Positions 34,205 to 44,698 of a stretch of 60,429 bases of DNA are shown here, piece by piece. The DNA lies in the NCBI GenBank assembly GCA_964415515.1, contig CAYQAP010000001.1:51398-111826 (forward strand), given 5' to 3'. A program made the position numbers and the translations under genes. The first letter of the stretch is position 1, and every line of letters begins with the position of its first letter. The DNA comes from an uncultured Gammaproteobacteria bacterium (lineage in GTDB: Bacteria; Pseudomonadota; Gammaproteobacteria; Arenicellales; DRJH01). Below the pieces are notes generated by a model. The model did not search any database. It saw nothing but the letters and a program-made list of their open reading frames with translations, and was not told the DNA's origin.

Positions 34205-35485
34205 TCATGATACTAGTGGCAAAGGTGTGTGTGACCGTATAAACGTTGCGGCCTCAGACCAGGTGAGGCACTGCTGCTGGCCTTCCTGGCGCAGCGGTTT
34301 GACCATCACTGACTTGCGCTCAAGTTCCTCATCACCAAGGATCAAGGCATAACGGGCGCCACTGCGATCTGCTTTTTTCATCTGTGCCTTCAGCCCGCCG
34401 CCACCACAATGGGCAATCACCGACACGCCCGCATTACGCAAGGTTTCCGTTACCAGGGGAGCGTGCAAGCAGGCTGCATCTCCTAACCATACCAAATAGG
34501 CGTCGACCGTATCAGACAATATTTTCAGCTGTTGGTCAGGAATAAGCTCCATGATTCGGTCCAGACCAATCGCAAAACCTGTTGCGGGTACGTCACCACC
34601 ACCCAATTCAGCCACCAATTGATCATAACGACCACCGGCACAGACTGCGTTCTGGGCGCCGAGTCGATCTGTCGTCCATTCAAAAACTGTCGAGGTGTAA
34701 TAATCCAGGCCACGAACCAGCCGGGGATTGATGGTATACACCAGACCCACGGCATCAAGTCTGGCTCTGAGCTGAGAAAAATGTGCAGCCGAGCGATCAT
34801 CAAGATAGTCAAGAATTTGTGGGGCACCAGCAATGATCGACTGCATTGCAGGGTTCTTGCTGTCAAGCACACGCAGTGGATTACACTGCAGGCGACGCTG
34901 GCTGTCCTCATCCAAAAGATTTTTTTGGTTTTGCAGATACTCCACCAATGCGGCCCGAAACTGTACTCTTGTCTTTTCTGAACCCAGCGTATTGATCTGC
35001 AATTGCAGGCCGGTTATCCCCAAACCAGACCAGATTCTGGCAGCAAGCATCAGTATCTCAGCATCCATATCTGGGCCAGTCCAACCAAAAGCCTCGATCC
35101 CAAATTGTTGAAATTGACGGTAACGGCCCTTTTGTGGTCGTTCATGGCGAAACATCGGCCCGCAATACCAAACTCTATGGCCACCCGCACGGAACATACC
35201 GTGCTGTACGCCCGCACGCACCACACCAGCCGTACCCTCCGGACGCAGGGTCAGTGCTTCACCACCCAAGCTGTGGAAACTGTACATTTCCTTTTCGACA
35301 ATGTCGGTCTGTTCACCAATAGATCGTTCAAACAGGGCTGTTTTTTCTACAATCGGGGTTCGCAGTTCAGTATAGCCATATTGTGCAGCCACTTGCTGCA
35401 TAACCCTCTCCACCGGCCCCCAGACTGCGGTCTGCCCAGGCAGGAGATCACGCATACCACGAACTGCCCCCAGTTTTACCGCCAT
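34205..35485 (-). CDS. hisS: Histidyl-tRNA synthetase
   Basis: MAVKLGAVRGMRDLLPGQTAVW... aligns with the E. coli HisS N-terminus. It has class II motifs and an anticodon-binding C-terminus. ATG 35485; a GTG lies one codon upstream at 35488. Confidence 0.96.
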   Translation of the reverse strand: MAVKLGAVRGMRDLLPGQTAVWGPVERVMQQVAAQYGYTELRTPIVEKTALFERSIGEQTDIVEKEMYSFHSLGGEALTLRPEGTAGVVRAGVQHGMFRAGGHRVWYCGPMFRHERPQKGRYRQFQQFGIEAFGWTGPDMDAEILMLAARIWSGLGITGLQLQINTLGSEKTRVQFRAALVEYLQNQKNLLDEDSQRRLQCNPLRVLDSKNPAMQSIIAGAPQILDYLDDRSAAHFSQLRARLDAVGLVYTINPRLVRGLDYYTSTVFEWTTDRLGAQNAVCAGGRYDQLVAELGGGDVPATGFAIGLDRIMELIPDQQLKILSDTVDAYLVWLGDAACLHAPLVTETLRNAGVSVIAHCGGGGLKAQMKKADRSGARYALILGDEELERKSVMVKPLRQEGQQQCLTWSEAATFIRSHTPLPLVS

Positions 35486-35487
35486 CA

Positions 35488-36837
35488 CTATCTCGCAGCG
35501 GTAGAAAGCGGCTTGCCGACAACAAAGCGGGCGAACATACCGGTACCATTATCCTGTATCTGAACCGGCTTGCCCCGGTACATGATGCGGACGCCCTGGC
35601 GATTGCCGAGAAAGATTTTGAACGGTGGTGTACCCTGGACAGACAACGTGCGACCCTGAACCACCATACGATTCATCAGTCGTTTGCCGGTAGCATCACG
35701 GACATCCACCCAGGAACCGAGGTCAAAATACAACATCAAGGTACGATAATCATCGCTTAGCTGCAGCCTCGGTATTTTTTTAGTGGTTTTTATGGCCAGC
35801 TGTTCTGAGCCTGTAGCCGTGTTCATGTTAGTGGATTTCTTCGACTTCGAACCCCTGGTTGCCACGACTGCTGCTTTTTTCGGCTGCCGGCTGCTGTGGG
35901 CCTGCTTGCGCCCGGGAGTGGCCAAAGCGCTGGCAGGCGGGGCTGTTGATTGCGCCTTGGCAGATTTTTTGATGGTTTTTTTAGAATTTGCTCGCGCAGT
36001 AGCTTTATTATTATTACCAACCGCAGCTGTGGCACTCAGTTTTTGGGCTTTATTGGCCGAGGCAGGGGCAGGTTTTTGCCTGGTTTCCTGGCCCGTTTGC
36101 GAGGTCGAAGCACCGGTACGCCGACCAGAAGCCGCTGTATTTACATCGGCCGCTGCTGCAACAGCCGGGTTCGTAGCTGCAGAGGCGATGGATGTTTTTC
36201 CCGGAGCCGTCACAGCCTGTTCTGCGGCCGACACAGCTTCGCCAGCCAGATCATCGGCCGAGTCAAGAGTCACGGGATCAGTGACATCAACAGGGGCTGT
36301 TGAATTCTGCTCGGTCCTGGTACCTGGTTCAGCAGCAATAATCACGGCAGCCGCTGAAGGCTGATCCAAAGCAGTCGTGTTGTCGACACTCTCGCTGGTA
36401 ACTCGATGGCTCTGCCACCACCAGCCTCCAACCATCAGCAATGCCAGAACCAGCAGCAATCCAATGTAGCGTGCCGCACTGTCCCGGTGATGAGGCAGAT
36501 TTCCTTCGATCATGGGTTCAATTAATGGGGCAGCCTGTCTGCCCTCTGGGACATCCTGCAGCTGTTCGTACCGACGCATCACCTCATCATTATCAAGCTT
36601 TAGCAATCGGGCATAGTTTTGCAAATAACCACGAGCATAGGTGGAACCAGCCATATTGCCATACTGATCTTGCTCCAGATCCTCAATCCGTGCTGGATTC
36701 AAACACAGCTGCTCAGCCACTTCCTCAATACTCCAACCCACCTGTTCCCGGGCCTCGCGAAGCTGTTCTCCAAGTCGCGTCCTGGGCTGGCTGTTTTTCA
36801 CTGCCAACGATAATTCTACTGTCTGTGAGGTTCTCAT
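35488..36837 (-). CDS. rodZ: Cytoskeleton protein RodZ (HTH, TM, long low-complexity linker, DUF4115)
   Basis: N-terminal XRE-type HTH (LGEQLREAREQVGWSIEEVAEQL), a TM helix (YIGLLLVLALLMVGGWWW), an Ala/Thr/Lys-rich linker and a conserved C-terminal domain. It occupies the conserved pilF-rodZ-hisS position. Confidence 0.88.
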   Translation of the reverse strand: MRTSQTVELSLAVKNSQPRTRLGEQLREAREQVGWSIEEVAEQLCLNPARIEDLEQDQYGNMAGSTYARGYLQNYARLLKLDNDEVMRRYEQLQDVPEGRQAAPLIEPMIEGNLPHHRDSAARYIGLLLVLALLMVGGWWWQSHRVTSESVDNTTALDQPSAAAVIIAAEPGTRTEQNSTAPVDVTDPVTLDSADDLAGEAVSAAEQAVTAPGKTSIASAATNPAVAAAADVNTAASGRRTGASTSQTGQETRQKPAPASANKAQKLSATAAVGNNNKATARANSKKTIKKSAKAQSTAPPASALATPGRKQAHSSRQPKKAAVVATRGSKSKKSTNMNTATGSEQLAIKTTKKIPRLQLSDDYRTLMLYFDLGSWVDVRDATGKRLMNRMVVQGRTLSVQGTPPFKIFLGNRQGVRIMYRGKPVQIQDNGTGMFARFVVGKPLSTAAR

Positions 36838-36864
36838 TGAGTACGGTTCTTCACTAATCAGTTG

Positions 36865-37674
36865 TTATTCCGAGACAGCCTGATGCTTCGGGCGTGTGCC
36901 TCTCGACCGACGTTGGTCCAGCTCCCGCAGAGCTCGAGATTTGGGGAACAAGGTCCGTAGTTGACGAGCATATTCAGCAGCGGCTTTACTGTCCCCAAGT
37001 CGTTTCTCAACTCCGACTGCCAGCAGCAATAATGCCGGAGCGGGTTTGGCTACAGCCAAATAACGCTCAATATAGGCTCTGGCGGCGAGATCCTTTTGTT
37101 CCTCAACATTTTGTCTAGCCATACCCTGCAGTGCCATTTCGAGCCGGGGATTGATTTCAAGGGCATGTTCGAGATACTTCCTTGCCAATGCATGCTTCTG
37201 CGGTTGTTTCTGATAACACAGTCCAATCAGAGAGTTAGTCAGATCAGGTCGTGGATTGAGACGAATCAATAAAGCTCTCTGATATTGCTGATCGGCCTTT
37301 TCAAACTCTCTACTCTGACAAAGATAACTACCATAATCATCCGCAGCTGAGGTATTTTCTGGGTTGCTGGTGACTGCTTTATTGAAATAAGCTTCTGCTT
37401 TTTTTGCATCATTGATGCGCAACATCAGCAACGCCATTGCGTGATTGGCCCGGTCATTGTCCGGGATCAATTGCAAGGCCTTGTCAAGCTCTTGCTTGGC
37501 GATTTTCAGCTTGCCCTGGCCCATATAGGTCACCCCGAGATCGACATGGATTGCCCCTCGTTTGAAATTGCTCCACGGCTTGCGTGGATTGGTCTGGGGG
37601 GTCGTACAGGCGCTCAGGATAAAACCGATCAATACCAGCAGGGTTGTTAATTGACTGCTGTAGCGTGTTTTCAT
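36865..37674 (-). CDS. pilW: Type IV pilus biogenesis/stability TPR lipoprotein (PilW; PilF of P. aeruginosa)
   Basis: Lipobox FILSAC and TPR repeats. It lies between rlmN and rodZ as in Pseudomonas. The ATG overlaps the rlmN stop (ATGA). Confidence 0.85.
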   Translation of the reverse strand: MKTRYSSQLTTLLVLIGFILSACTTPQTNPRKPWSNFKRGAIHVDLGVTYMGQGKLKIAKQELDKALQLIPDNDRANHAMALLMLRINDAKKAEAYFNKAVTSNPENTSAADDYGSYLCQSREFEKADQQYQRALLIRLNPRPDLTNSLIGLCYQKQPQKHALARKYLEHALEINPRLEMALQGMARQNVEEQKDLAARAYIERYLAVAKPAPALLLLAVGVEKRLGDSKAAAEYARQLRTLFPKSRALRELDQRRSRGTRPKHQAVSE

Positions 37675-38858
37675 TGGAAAGATATCGCCATTTTTTCAAT
37701 CCGAGGTAAACGCCTGGTACGATCTTGAATCTCCCCAGCCAACTGACCACAGGCAGCGGCAATATTCTGGCCACGGGTCTTGCGGGTAATGGTCATGATC
37801 CCATGCCCCAGCAACTGGTCACGAAACCGGTCTATGGTCGCAGTACTGCTGCTTCGGAACCCAGAATTCTCAAATGGATTGAACGGAATCAAGTTGACCT
37901 TGGCCGGAACACCAGCCAGTAATCGGGCCAGTTTATCCGCCTGCAGCAAACTGTCATTGACACCATCGAGCATAATGTATTCAAAGGTCACCTTGCGTCG
38001 GGCCTCTCCGGCCACGTAGCGACGACAGGCAGCGACCAACTGCGCCAGTGGATACTTGCGATTTAAAGGGACCAGACGGGTACGCAATTCGTCGTCTGCG
38101 GCATGCAGGGATACGGCCAGGCTGACCGGACAAGAAGTCGCCAATTGATCAATCTTCGGGGTGACACCGGCTGTGCTCAAGGTAACACGTCGACGTGACA
38201 AGCCAAAACCCAGATCATCGAGCATCAGACGCATGGCAACAACAACGTTGTCATAATTGCACAAAGGTTCTCCCATCCCCATCATCACCACATTAGTGAT
38301 TCGCTCATTGCCTTCACGAACTACCCGCCCGGCATTTGCTGGCAGAAATTCCTGATCCAGTAATCGGTCCACCGCCCATAACTGACCGATGATCTCAGAG
38401 GCCTCTAGATTACGGTTAAATCCCTGTCGTGCGGTTGCACAAAAAGTGCAATTAAGCGTGCAACCTGCTTGCGAAGATATGCAAAGCGTACCCCGGTCTG
38501 CTTCGGGAATAAAGACGGTCTCCACCGCATTGCCATCGGCTAGTCGGAACAGATATTTCCTGACACCATCGTCAGCAAGTTGCTGCCGCACCAGTTGTGG
38601 AGCAGTAATCCGGGCCTGTAGCAACAAATGCTGACGAAGCCCCTTGGACAAATCAGTCATAGCAGCAAAATCGGCGATCTTGCGATGATATAACCATTTC
38701 ATCAATTGCCGTGCTCTGAAAGGCTTCTCACCCATGGACTCAAACCACTGCTCAAGCCCCGGGCGATCGAAATTCAGCATATTACTCAGGACTGGTGCCG
38801 CACTCAGGGCACCAGACACCTCCTGTTCGGGAATACTTATGGTCACGGTCTGGGGCAA
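37671..38858 (-). CDS. rlmN: 23S rRNA/tRNA (adenine-C2)-methyltransferase, radical SAM
   Basis: [15 protein letters not shown], the radical-SAM CTLNCTFC and GMGEPLCNY. The start is uncertain: TTG 38858 (ORF track), GTG 38846 (GTGA overlap with the ndk stop) or ATG 38780. Confidence 0.92.
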   Translation of the reverse strand: MPQTVTISIPEQEVSGALSAAPVLSNMLNFDRPGLEQWFESMGEKPFRARQLMKWLYHRKIADFAAMTDLSKGLRQHLLLQARITAPQLVRQQLADDGVRKYLFRLADGNAVETVFIPEADRGTLCISSQAGCTLNCTFCATARQGFNRNLEASEIIGQLWAVDRLLDQEFLPANAGRVVREGNERITNVVMMGMGEPLCNYDNVVVAMRLMLDDLGFGLSRRRVTLSTAGVTPKIDQLATSCPVSLAVSLHAADDELRTRLVPLNRKYPLAQLVAACRRYVAGEARRKVTFEYIMLDGVNDSLLQADKLARLLAGVPAKVNLIPFNPFENSGFRSSSTATIDRFRDQLLGHGIMTITRKTRGQNIAAACGQLAGEIQDRTRRLPRIEKMAISFQ

Positions 38859-39271
38859 AACTCATGCTCGGAAAAGAAATAGGCAATTTCGGTTCTGGCC
38901 GTATCCTGGCCGTCAGAACCATGTACAGAATTCGCCTCGATGGAGGTGGCAAAGTCGGCACGTATGGTTCCGCTAGCAGCCATCGCCGGGTCAGTCGCAC
39001 CCATGATTTCACGATTTTTGGCAATCGCATTTTCACCCTCGAGTACCTGCACCACCACAGGACCCGACTGCATATAGGCGACCAGATCATTAAAAAACGG
39101 GCGTTCCCTGTGGACAGCGTAAAATCCCTCAGCCTGTTCCTTGCCAAGCCGCAGCATTTTCATTGCCACAATCCGCAGGCCAGCTTGCTCGAAGCGGCTG
39201 TCGATTTCACCCACCACATTTTTGGCTACGGCATCCGGTTTAATAATCGAAAGCGTGCGTTCAACTGCCAT
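38843..39271 (-). CDS. ndk: Nucleoside diphosphate kinase
   Basis: [15 protein letters not shown]..., NSVHGSD active-site His. Start at ATG 39271, preceded by AGGAGAAGG. Confidence 0.96.
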   Translation of the reverse strand: MAVERTLSIIKPDAVAKNVVGEIDSRFEQAGLRIVAMKMLRLGKEQAEGFYAVHRERPFFNDLVAYMQSGPVVVQVLEGENAIAKNREIMGATDPAMAASGTIRADFATSIEANSVHGSDGQDTARTEIAYFFSEHEFCPRP

Positions 39272-39377
39272 GTCCTTCTCCTGAAATAGAACCTTGTGAA
39301 TAGCGACAATCAGGTTGGAGCGGCCCTTGACTGGCAAGGCCCGGTACTCGATCCTGATAAACCGTTAATTGTAACGG

Positions 39378-40634
39378 CTAAGCCAAGCTTTCGGCAATCA
39401 GATACTGGCCCGTAAATCCGCTAATCTTAACCGCCTGCAAGGATCTGATCGCTGCGGCAGAGGACAAACGTACCGGCAAGTAATTTGCCAGACGTCCACG
39501 GGCAGTACCATCACGGCCAACTTGTTCCACCAGCATCTGACAGACACGGCCCAGATAAAGGGGCAAGTGAGCCGCCAGATTATTAGCCCCTGCCTCGCGA
39601 ATTAGGGCTGCACGCTGTTTTGCAATCACTTTATCGACCTGTTTCGGGATGTTGGCCGCCGGGGTACCCGGCCGTGGTGAAAAACAAAAGGTATGCGGGT
39701 AAACGATGCCGTGTTCCACAATCATTTGCAAAGTGTCCTGGAAGTGCGCTTCCGTTTCGGTCGGAAATCCGGTCATAATATCGGCGCTGAGCAACAAATC
39801 CGGCACCATGGTGCGAAATTGCCGTAAACGACAATCCACAAGGGATCGACCGTAGCGACGCTTCATGCGTTTTAAAATTACGTTATTCCCGCTTTGCAGG
39901 GAAACATGCAGCTGGGGACACAAACGGGGCTGTCCGGCCATCAATTGGCAGAGATCCTCGCCGAGATGAACAGGATCAATAGAACCGAGCCGCACTCTGA
40001 ACTCACCCTCAAGCTCCAGAACCCGCCGCAACAACGCAACCAGTCCACCCTGGTAATCTCCCAGGTCAATACCGCAGAATACGATTTCCTGAAACCCGCG
40101 ATCAAGCAGATTTCGAACCTGGTCCAGGATATGATGTGGTTGCTGTGAATGGCTAGGACCACGCGCGGTATGAATAATGCAAAAAGTGCAAGACTGGTCA
40201 CAACCCTGCTGAATCTGAACCAGTGCCCGGCTACGGTCGACTGCTGCCAACCTATCGTAAGCAAATCGTATATCTGGATCAGGCAGCTGACCCGGTTGCC
40301 TACTGGTAGACACTGGATCAGACAACAGCGCCGGCAAATTCAGTTTGTGCACATTACCGACCACATGGTCGACACCAGGTATCGAGGCGCAGGCATCGGG
40401 ATCCATTTGCGCATAGCAGCCGGTGACCACGACGGTTGCCTGGGGATTGCGACGTATCGCCCGCCTTACCATTTGCCGGGCTTGCCGATCCGCCTCGGCA
40501 GTTACCGTACAGGTATTGATCACATACAAGTCTGCCTGCTGATCAAAAGCCACCTTTCGCCAGCCCTGATGACAAAACTGCTGCAGAATAAATGCAGACT
40601 CAAAACTATTGACCCGACAACCGAGTGTAGCCAT
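39378..40634 (-). CDS. mtaB: Radical-SAM methylthiotransferase, MtaB-like (MiaB/RimO family)
   Basis: UPF0004 N-domain (ATLGCRVNSFES...YVINTCTVT), the radical-SAM IQQGCDQSCTFCII, and a TRAM-like C-terminus. I chose ATG 40634; the ORF-track start is GTG 40694. Confidence 0.85.
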   Translation of the reverse strand: MATLGCRVNSFESAFILQQFCHQGWRKVAFDQQADLYVINTCTVTAEADRQARQMVRRAIRRNPQATVVVTGCYAQMDPDACASIPGVDHVVGNVHKLNLPALLSDPVSTSRQPGQLPDPDIRFAYDRLAAVDRSRALVQIQQGCDQSCTFCIIHTARGPSHSQQPHHILDQVRNLLDRGFQEIVFCGIDLGDYQGGLVALLRRVLELEGEFRVRLGSIDPVHLGEDLCQLMAGQPRLCPQLHVSLQSGNNVILKRMKRRYGRSLVDCRLRQFRTMVPDLLLSADIMTGFPTETEAHFQDTLQMIVEHGIVYPHTFCFSPRPGTPAANIPKQVDKVIAKQRAALIREAGANNLAAHLPLYLGRVCQMLVEQVGRDGTARGRLANYLPVRLSSAAAIRSLQAVKISGFTGQYLIAESLA

Positions 40635-40699
40635 CGCCACCCTGCAGCCGCTGGGAACAATGGCTGCTGAGGGTTTCGTGGTCACCTTAAGCACACAGA

Positions 40700-41026
40700 T
40701 CAGACAATACTAAAACTCTCACCACAACCACAGGTGGCGCTTACCCGGGGGTTATTGAAAGCAAAAGTAGCCGACAGCTCTTCCTGGCTGAAATCAATTT
40801 CGGTGCCATCGACATAGGGCAGGCTACGGGCGTGTACGACAACTTTCACACCCTGCGACTCAAATACCTGATCCTGTTCATCGATCGACCTGGCCAGTTC
40901 GACGGTATACGCAAAGCCGGAGCAACCACTGGTCTTGACCCCAAAACGCAGGCCGAGTGCCTGTTCCGATTTCTCAAGATAGCTGCGAACCCGGTCGGCT
41001 GCAGCGGGGGTTAAGGTAATCGCCAT
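40700..41026 (-). CDS. erpA: Iron-sulfur cluster insertion protein (HesB/IscA/ErpA family)
   Basis: GLRFGVKTSGCSGFAY and the C-terminal CGCGESF. Start at ATG 41026, preceded by AGGAG with an 8-nt spacer. Confidence 0.9.
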   Translation of the reverse strand: MAITLTPAAADRVRSYLEKSEQALGLRFGVKTSGCSGFAYTVELARSIDEQDQVFESQGVKVVVHARSLPYVDGTEIDFSQEELSATFAFNNPRVSATCGCGESFSIV

Positions 41027-41150
41027 ACACACACTCCTGGATTCCTCCAATACGGTTCAGCGGGATATTGTACTATTCCGTAATGCCAAGATGGGGCTGA
41101 GACCACCACGATTCAACACTGAAAAATGAATAATCGTCTCTTCAAAGCAC

Positions 41151-41963
41151 TCACTTCCCTTTGCGTCGCAGCTGACATTCGATCGCTGACAAGATCCCAC
41201 GAAAAATATTGACCTCTTCAACCGACATAACCGCACGAACAAAAAGACGCCTGATCTTGCGTCGCAGGCTGGATGAATGAGGAGACTTGATAAAATCAAT
41301 CGACTCCAATACGCGCTCAAGATGAGTAAAAAAACGCTCCACATCTTCGGACAATGCGACCTGATTGCGTTTGTCAACAGGTGGTGCTGTTGTCAACAGC
41401 AATTTGTCCGTCATAGCCTGACGCAGTTCATAGGTCATAATCTGTACCGCGCTGGCAAGGTTCAGCGAATGAAAAGCCGCATTGACCGGGATCATTACAT
41501 GGATGCTGGCACGGTCCAGTTCGGCATTGGACAACCCATTATTTTCCCGACCGAACAGGATGGCGACCTGCCCTTGTTCGGTTGCTTGCCAGGCAGTCTG
41601 CATGGCTCGGGCCGGCGATTGTAGAGGCCAGCGGATACTTCGCTGCCGGGCCGAGGTTGCCAATACCAGATGGGCCCCCCGCAGTGCGCTGTCAAGATCC
41701 GGGCATACAACAGCCTGCTCAAGGATGCGGTCAGCCCCCGCGGCACGCGCCACAGCCACTTCACTGGGAAAAATATCCGGTTGTACCAGATACAGCTGCT
41801 GCAATCCCATGGTCAACATTGCCCTTGCTACAGCACCGATATTGCCGGGATGACTGGGTCGGATCAATACGATACGCACCCGGCCACTACGCCATGTGAT
41901 CCTGTTCGAATCGGCAATCAATGGCTCTGAAACAGGATGGGACAAAGGACTATTGAACTCCAC
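41151..41963 (-). CDS. trmJ: tRNA (cytidine/uridine-2'-O)-methyltransferase TrmJ (SPOUT)
   Basis: RIVLIRPSHPGNIGAVARAMLTMG, ILFGRENNGLSNAEL and SLNLASAVQIMTYE align with E. coli TrmJ. It is divergent from suhB. The start is uncertain (GTG 41963 or GTG 41879). Confidence 0.9.
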   Translation of the reverse strand: MEFNSPLSHPVSEPLIADSNRITWRSGRVRIVLIRPSHPGNIGAVARAMLTMGLQQLYLVQPDIFPSEVAVARAAGADRILEQAVVCPDLDSALRGAHLVLATSARQRSIRWPLQSPARAMQTAWQATEQGQVAILFGRENNGLSNAELDRASIHVMIPVNAAFHSLNLASAVQIMTYELRQAMTDKLLLTTAPPVDKRNQVALSEDVERFFTHLERVLESIDFIKSPHSSSLRRKIRRLFVRAVMSVEEVNIFRGILSAIECQLRRKGK

Positions 41964-42071
41964 TTTTGGTTAGCGGGTGCTGTGGACAAATAAAACAAAT
42001 CCTGCTGTGCCAGTGCCCTGATATACAGGATAATACAGCTTATTCAAGATTGAACAATCGGAGATTCACCC

Positions 42072-42905
42072 ATGCATCCTTTTGTAAATACCGCCGTGAA
42101 GGCAGCCCGCCGGGCCGGCAAGGTCATTGTACGGCATCTCGATCGACTCGACCGGATTGATATCGAGAAAAAAGGCCGTAACGACTATGTCAGCGAAGTT
42201 GACCGCATGGCAGAAGCAGAAATCCTGGCGGTGGTCCAGCAAGCCTATCCGGATCACGCAATCATCGCCGAAGAAAGTGGACTGCAACAAGGCACCAGGT
42301 ATGAGTGGATTATCGATCCTCTCGATGGGACGACCAATTTTCTGCATGGCTACCCCCAGTTTGCGGTCTCCATCGCTGTTCGCGAAGCTGGAAGAGTTCT
42401 TCACGGGGTCATCTTTGATCCACTGCGTAACGAACTGTTTACTGCCTCACGAGGCGGAGGCGCGCGCCTCAATGATCGTCGCATCCGGATCAGTCATTGC
42501 CTCAACCTGGAATATGCCCTGCTGGGTACCGGTTTTCCGTTCCGGGATATGCTGTACCTGGAACCCTGGCTCAGCAGCTTTCGGGAAATGCTGGTCCAGA
42601 CCAGTGGCGTCAGACGGGCAGGATCGGCGGCACTGGACCTGGCTCACCTGGCCTGTGGGCGTTTTGATGGCTTCTGGGAATTCGGCCTGTCGATCTGGGA
42701 CATCGCTGCTGGCTGCCTGCTGATCGAGGAAGCCGGTGGTTTGGTCAGTGGTGTAACCGGTGCTGCCGACCATTTGGACAGCGGTCACATCGTTGCCGGC
42801 AACCCTCACCTGCATCCACAAATCTTACAAATCGTTAGCAACCATCTGCCCGAGGGTTTTCATTCGACAACAGCCTCATCACTGGAAACAGAAAATCCGG
42901 GGTAA
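42072..42905 (+). CDS. suhB: Inositol monophosphatase family protein SuhB
   Basis: IIAEESG, WIIDPLDGTTNF and WDIAAG motifs. 277 aa. Confidence 0.94.
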   Translation: MHPFVNTAVKAARRAGKVIVRHLDRLDRIDIEKKGRNDYVSEVDRMAEAEILAVVQQAYPDHAIIAEESGLQQGTRYEWIIDPLDGTTNFLHGYPQFAVSIAVREAGRVLHGVIFDPLRNELFTASRGGGARLNDRRIRISHCLNLEYALLGTGFPFRDMLYLEPWLSSFREMLVQTSGVRRAGSAALDLAHLACGRFDGFWEFGLSIWDIAAGCLLIEEAGGLVSGVTGAADHLDSGHIVAGNPHLHPQILQIVSNHLPEGFHSTTASSLETENPG

Positions 42906-43111
42906 TCGGAAAAGTATTTCGTGTACTCTCCAGAGCCACAACCAATTTCCAAAACCCGCGCCTCGGGATGATGCTCGGTCTGAAGGCATTCCAGAATCAC
43001 TCACAGCTCCCGAGGCATCTCTTATGCTGCCATTCGACGGAACCAAGTATAACCCCGGGCTATTGAAAAAGTTGCGTGATGGGCCATTTGCCGGATCGAA
43101 ACCCCTGCGAC

Positions 43112-44698
43112 TCAGTGACTGGTGCCTTCAGAGCGATGTATTTTATTGTATACGTTGTATTTTCCTGAGGGTTTTTTCATCGGAATTCGCTTTATTTCCT
43201 GCAAGGTCTTGGCATCGTAAATCACCAGAGCACCATCCATATCCCATACACTGACCAGCGCATAGCGGCCGTAGCGATCGAACTCTACATGGGCCGAGGT
43301 TTTTCCGGGAGCGGGACGCAGGGTTTTCACGATCTTCAGGGTGCGCTTGTCAATCACCTGCATGACATCCTTGTTGGGTCCGAAAAATACATCGGTCCAG
43401 GCATAGGGGGTGTTTTCATGGCTGCGCAGAAAAAACCCTGGGCCCAGGGTTTTGATCCGTTTGATCACCTTCCAGGTTTTCATATCGATGACACTGACGA
43501 TACCCTGCTTGAGATTGGGGGTCGCCAGCACCCACCTGCCTTGGTAATTCCAGGTGATCCCCGAACCCAGATGCGGCATCCCCGGAAGATCGATTTTCGC
43601 CGCTACCACTCCACCATCGAGATAGACTACCCGTGCCTGGTTGTCATCACCGCGACTGGCTCCGATCAAAAAACGATATGCCGGATCAAACATGAAATCA
43701 TCCATGAAAACATCGACCTTGATGCGCCGGATGGGAAATCGCTCATGCTTAATCGGCACTTCATCACCGGAATCTTTGCGGTAATCATGAATCCATTTGG
43801 TTTGTGGGGCGACGGCATCATCGGCGTAGGCGATTTCCCATATTTCTTTCAAGTCTTTCAAGGCAACGATAAAACTGTTGCGTGGTGCCGCTTGATAAAC
43901 GGCACTGACCCGAGAGGTCTTGCGGTGTTTTTTGTCGGTAACCGAAATGATTTTTAGTATCGATAAATCTTTCGCATCGAGAATAACCAGGGTATGAGGC
44001 AGGTAGTTGCCGACCATGATGTATCGACCATCACCGGAAATAGCTAAATTACGGGTGTTGATTCCGGCCCGAACCTCAGCCACGATTTTCAGGTTATACA
44101 TATCGTATTTACTGATCCAACCACCGCGTGAGGCAAAGTAGACAAACCGCCCGTCAGGAGAATATTTTGGTCCACCATGCAGGGCAAAACGACTTTTAAA
44201 GCGGGTGATCGGCTGCAGTTTGTCACCATCGAGTACGGTCACATGGTGATCACCAATTTCCACCACCAAGAACAGATTCAAAGGGTCGGCCTGATAGACC
44301 GGTTTATCCCCCAAGCTGCCTGGTTTGTAGTAGACCACGCGACTGGCCTCAATCAGGGCTTCTCCCCATTCTGGTTCAGTGTCCAGAGGCGTGTAGATAT
44401 AGTCGACCAGGTGCTTGATCTGCTGCGCCGAAAGTTGCCGACCAAAGGCGGGCATCTGGGTAATGGCTTCACCATGGGTGATTTCCGAGACGGCCTTTTC
44501 CCGTGACAGGCGACTGAGATTCTCGGGCAGTAATGCGGTACCCATACCACCGAGGCGATTGGCCCCGTGGCAGCTGGCGCAGTATTTCTGATACAGGTTT
44601 CCTGTGGCCGTCTGAATTGCCGTCGAAGCGGCCAAAACCAGGCCGGGAAAGGCCAGCAAACAAATCAGGGGATATCGAAGTCGCACTTTATTTTTCAT
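43112..44698 (-). CDS. nirN: NirN (cytochrome c domain plus cd1-type beta-propeller; dihydro-heme d1 dehydrogenase family)
   Basis: Signal peptide, a single heme-c site CASCHG with Met context ITQMPAF, then a d1-type propeller. It is the last gene of the nir operon. ATG 44698; ATG 44704 and 44719 are also possible. Confidence 0.85.
   Translation of the reverse strand: MKNKVRLRYPLICLLAFPGLVLAASTAIQTATGNLYQKYCASCHGANRLGGMGTALLPENLSRLSREKAVSEITHGEAITQMPAFGRQLSAQQIKHLVDYIYTPLDTEPEWGEALIEASRVVYYKPGSLGDKPVYQADPLNLFLVVEIGDHHVTVLDGDKLQPITRFKSRFALHGGPKYSPDGRFVYFASRGGWISKYDMYNLKIVAEVRAGINTRNLAISGDGRYIMVGNYLPHTLVILDAKDLSILKIISVTDKKHRKTSRVSAVYQAAPRNSFIVALKDLKEIWEIAYADDAVAPQTKWIHDYRKDSGDEVPIKHERFPIRRIKVDVFMDDFMFDPAYRFLIGASRGDDNQARVVYLDGGVVAAKIDLPGMPHLGSGITWNYQGRWVLATPNLKQGIVSVIDMKTWKVIKRIKTLGPGFFLRSHENTPYAWTDVFFGPNKDVMQVIDKRTLKIVKTLRPAPGKTSAHVEFDRYGRYALVSVWDMDGALVIYDAKTLQEIKRIPMKKPSGKYNVYNKIHRSEGTSH

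Noticed and set aside
35783-36364. 193-aa plus-strand ORF rich in Ala, Phe and Val
   Set aside because: It is antisense to the low-complexity Ala/Thr/Lys linker of rodZ. Open frames on both strands are expected in such repeats.
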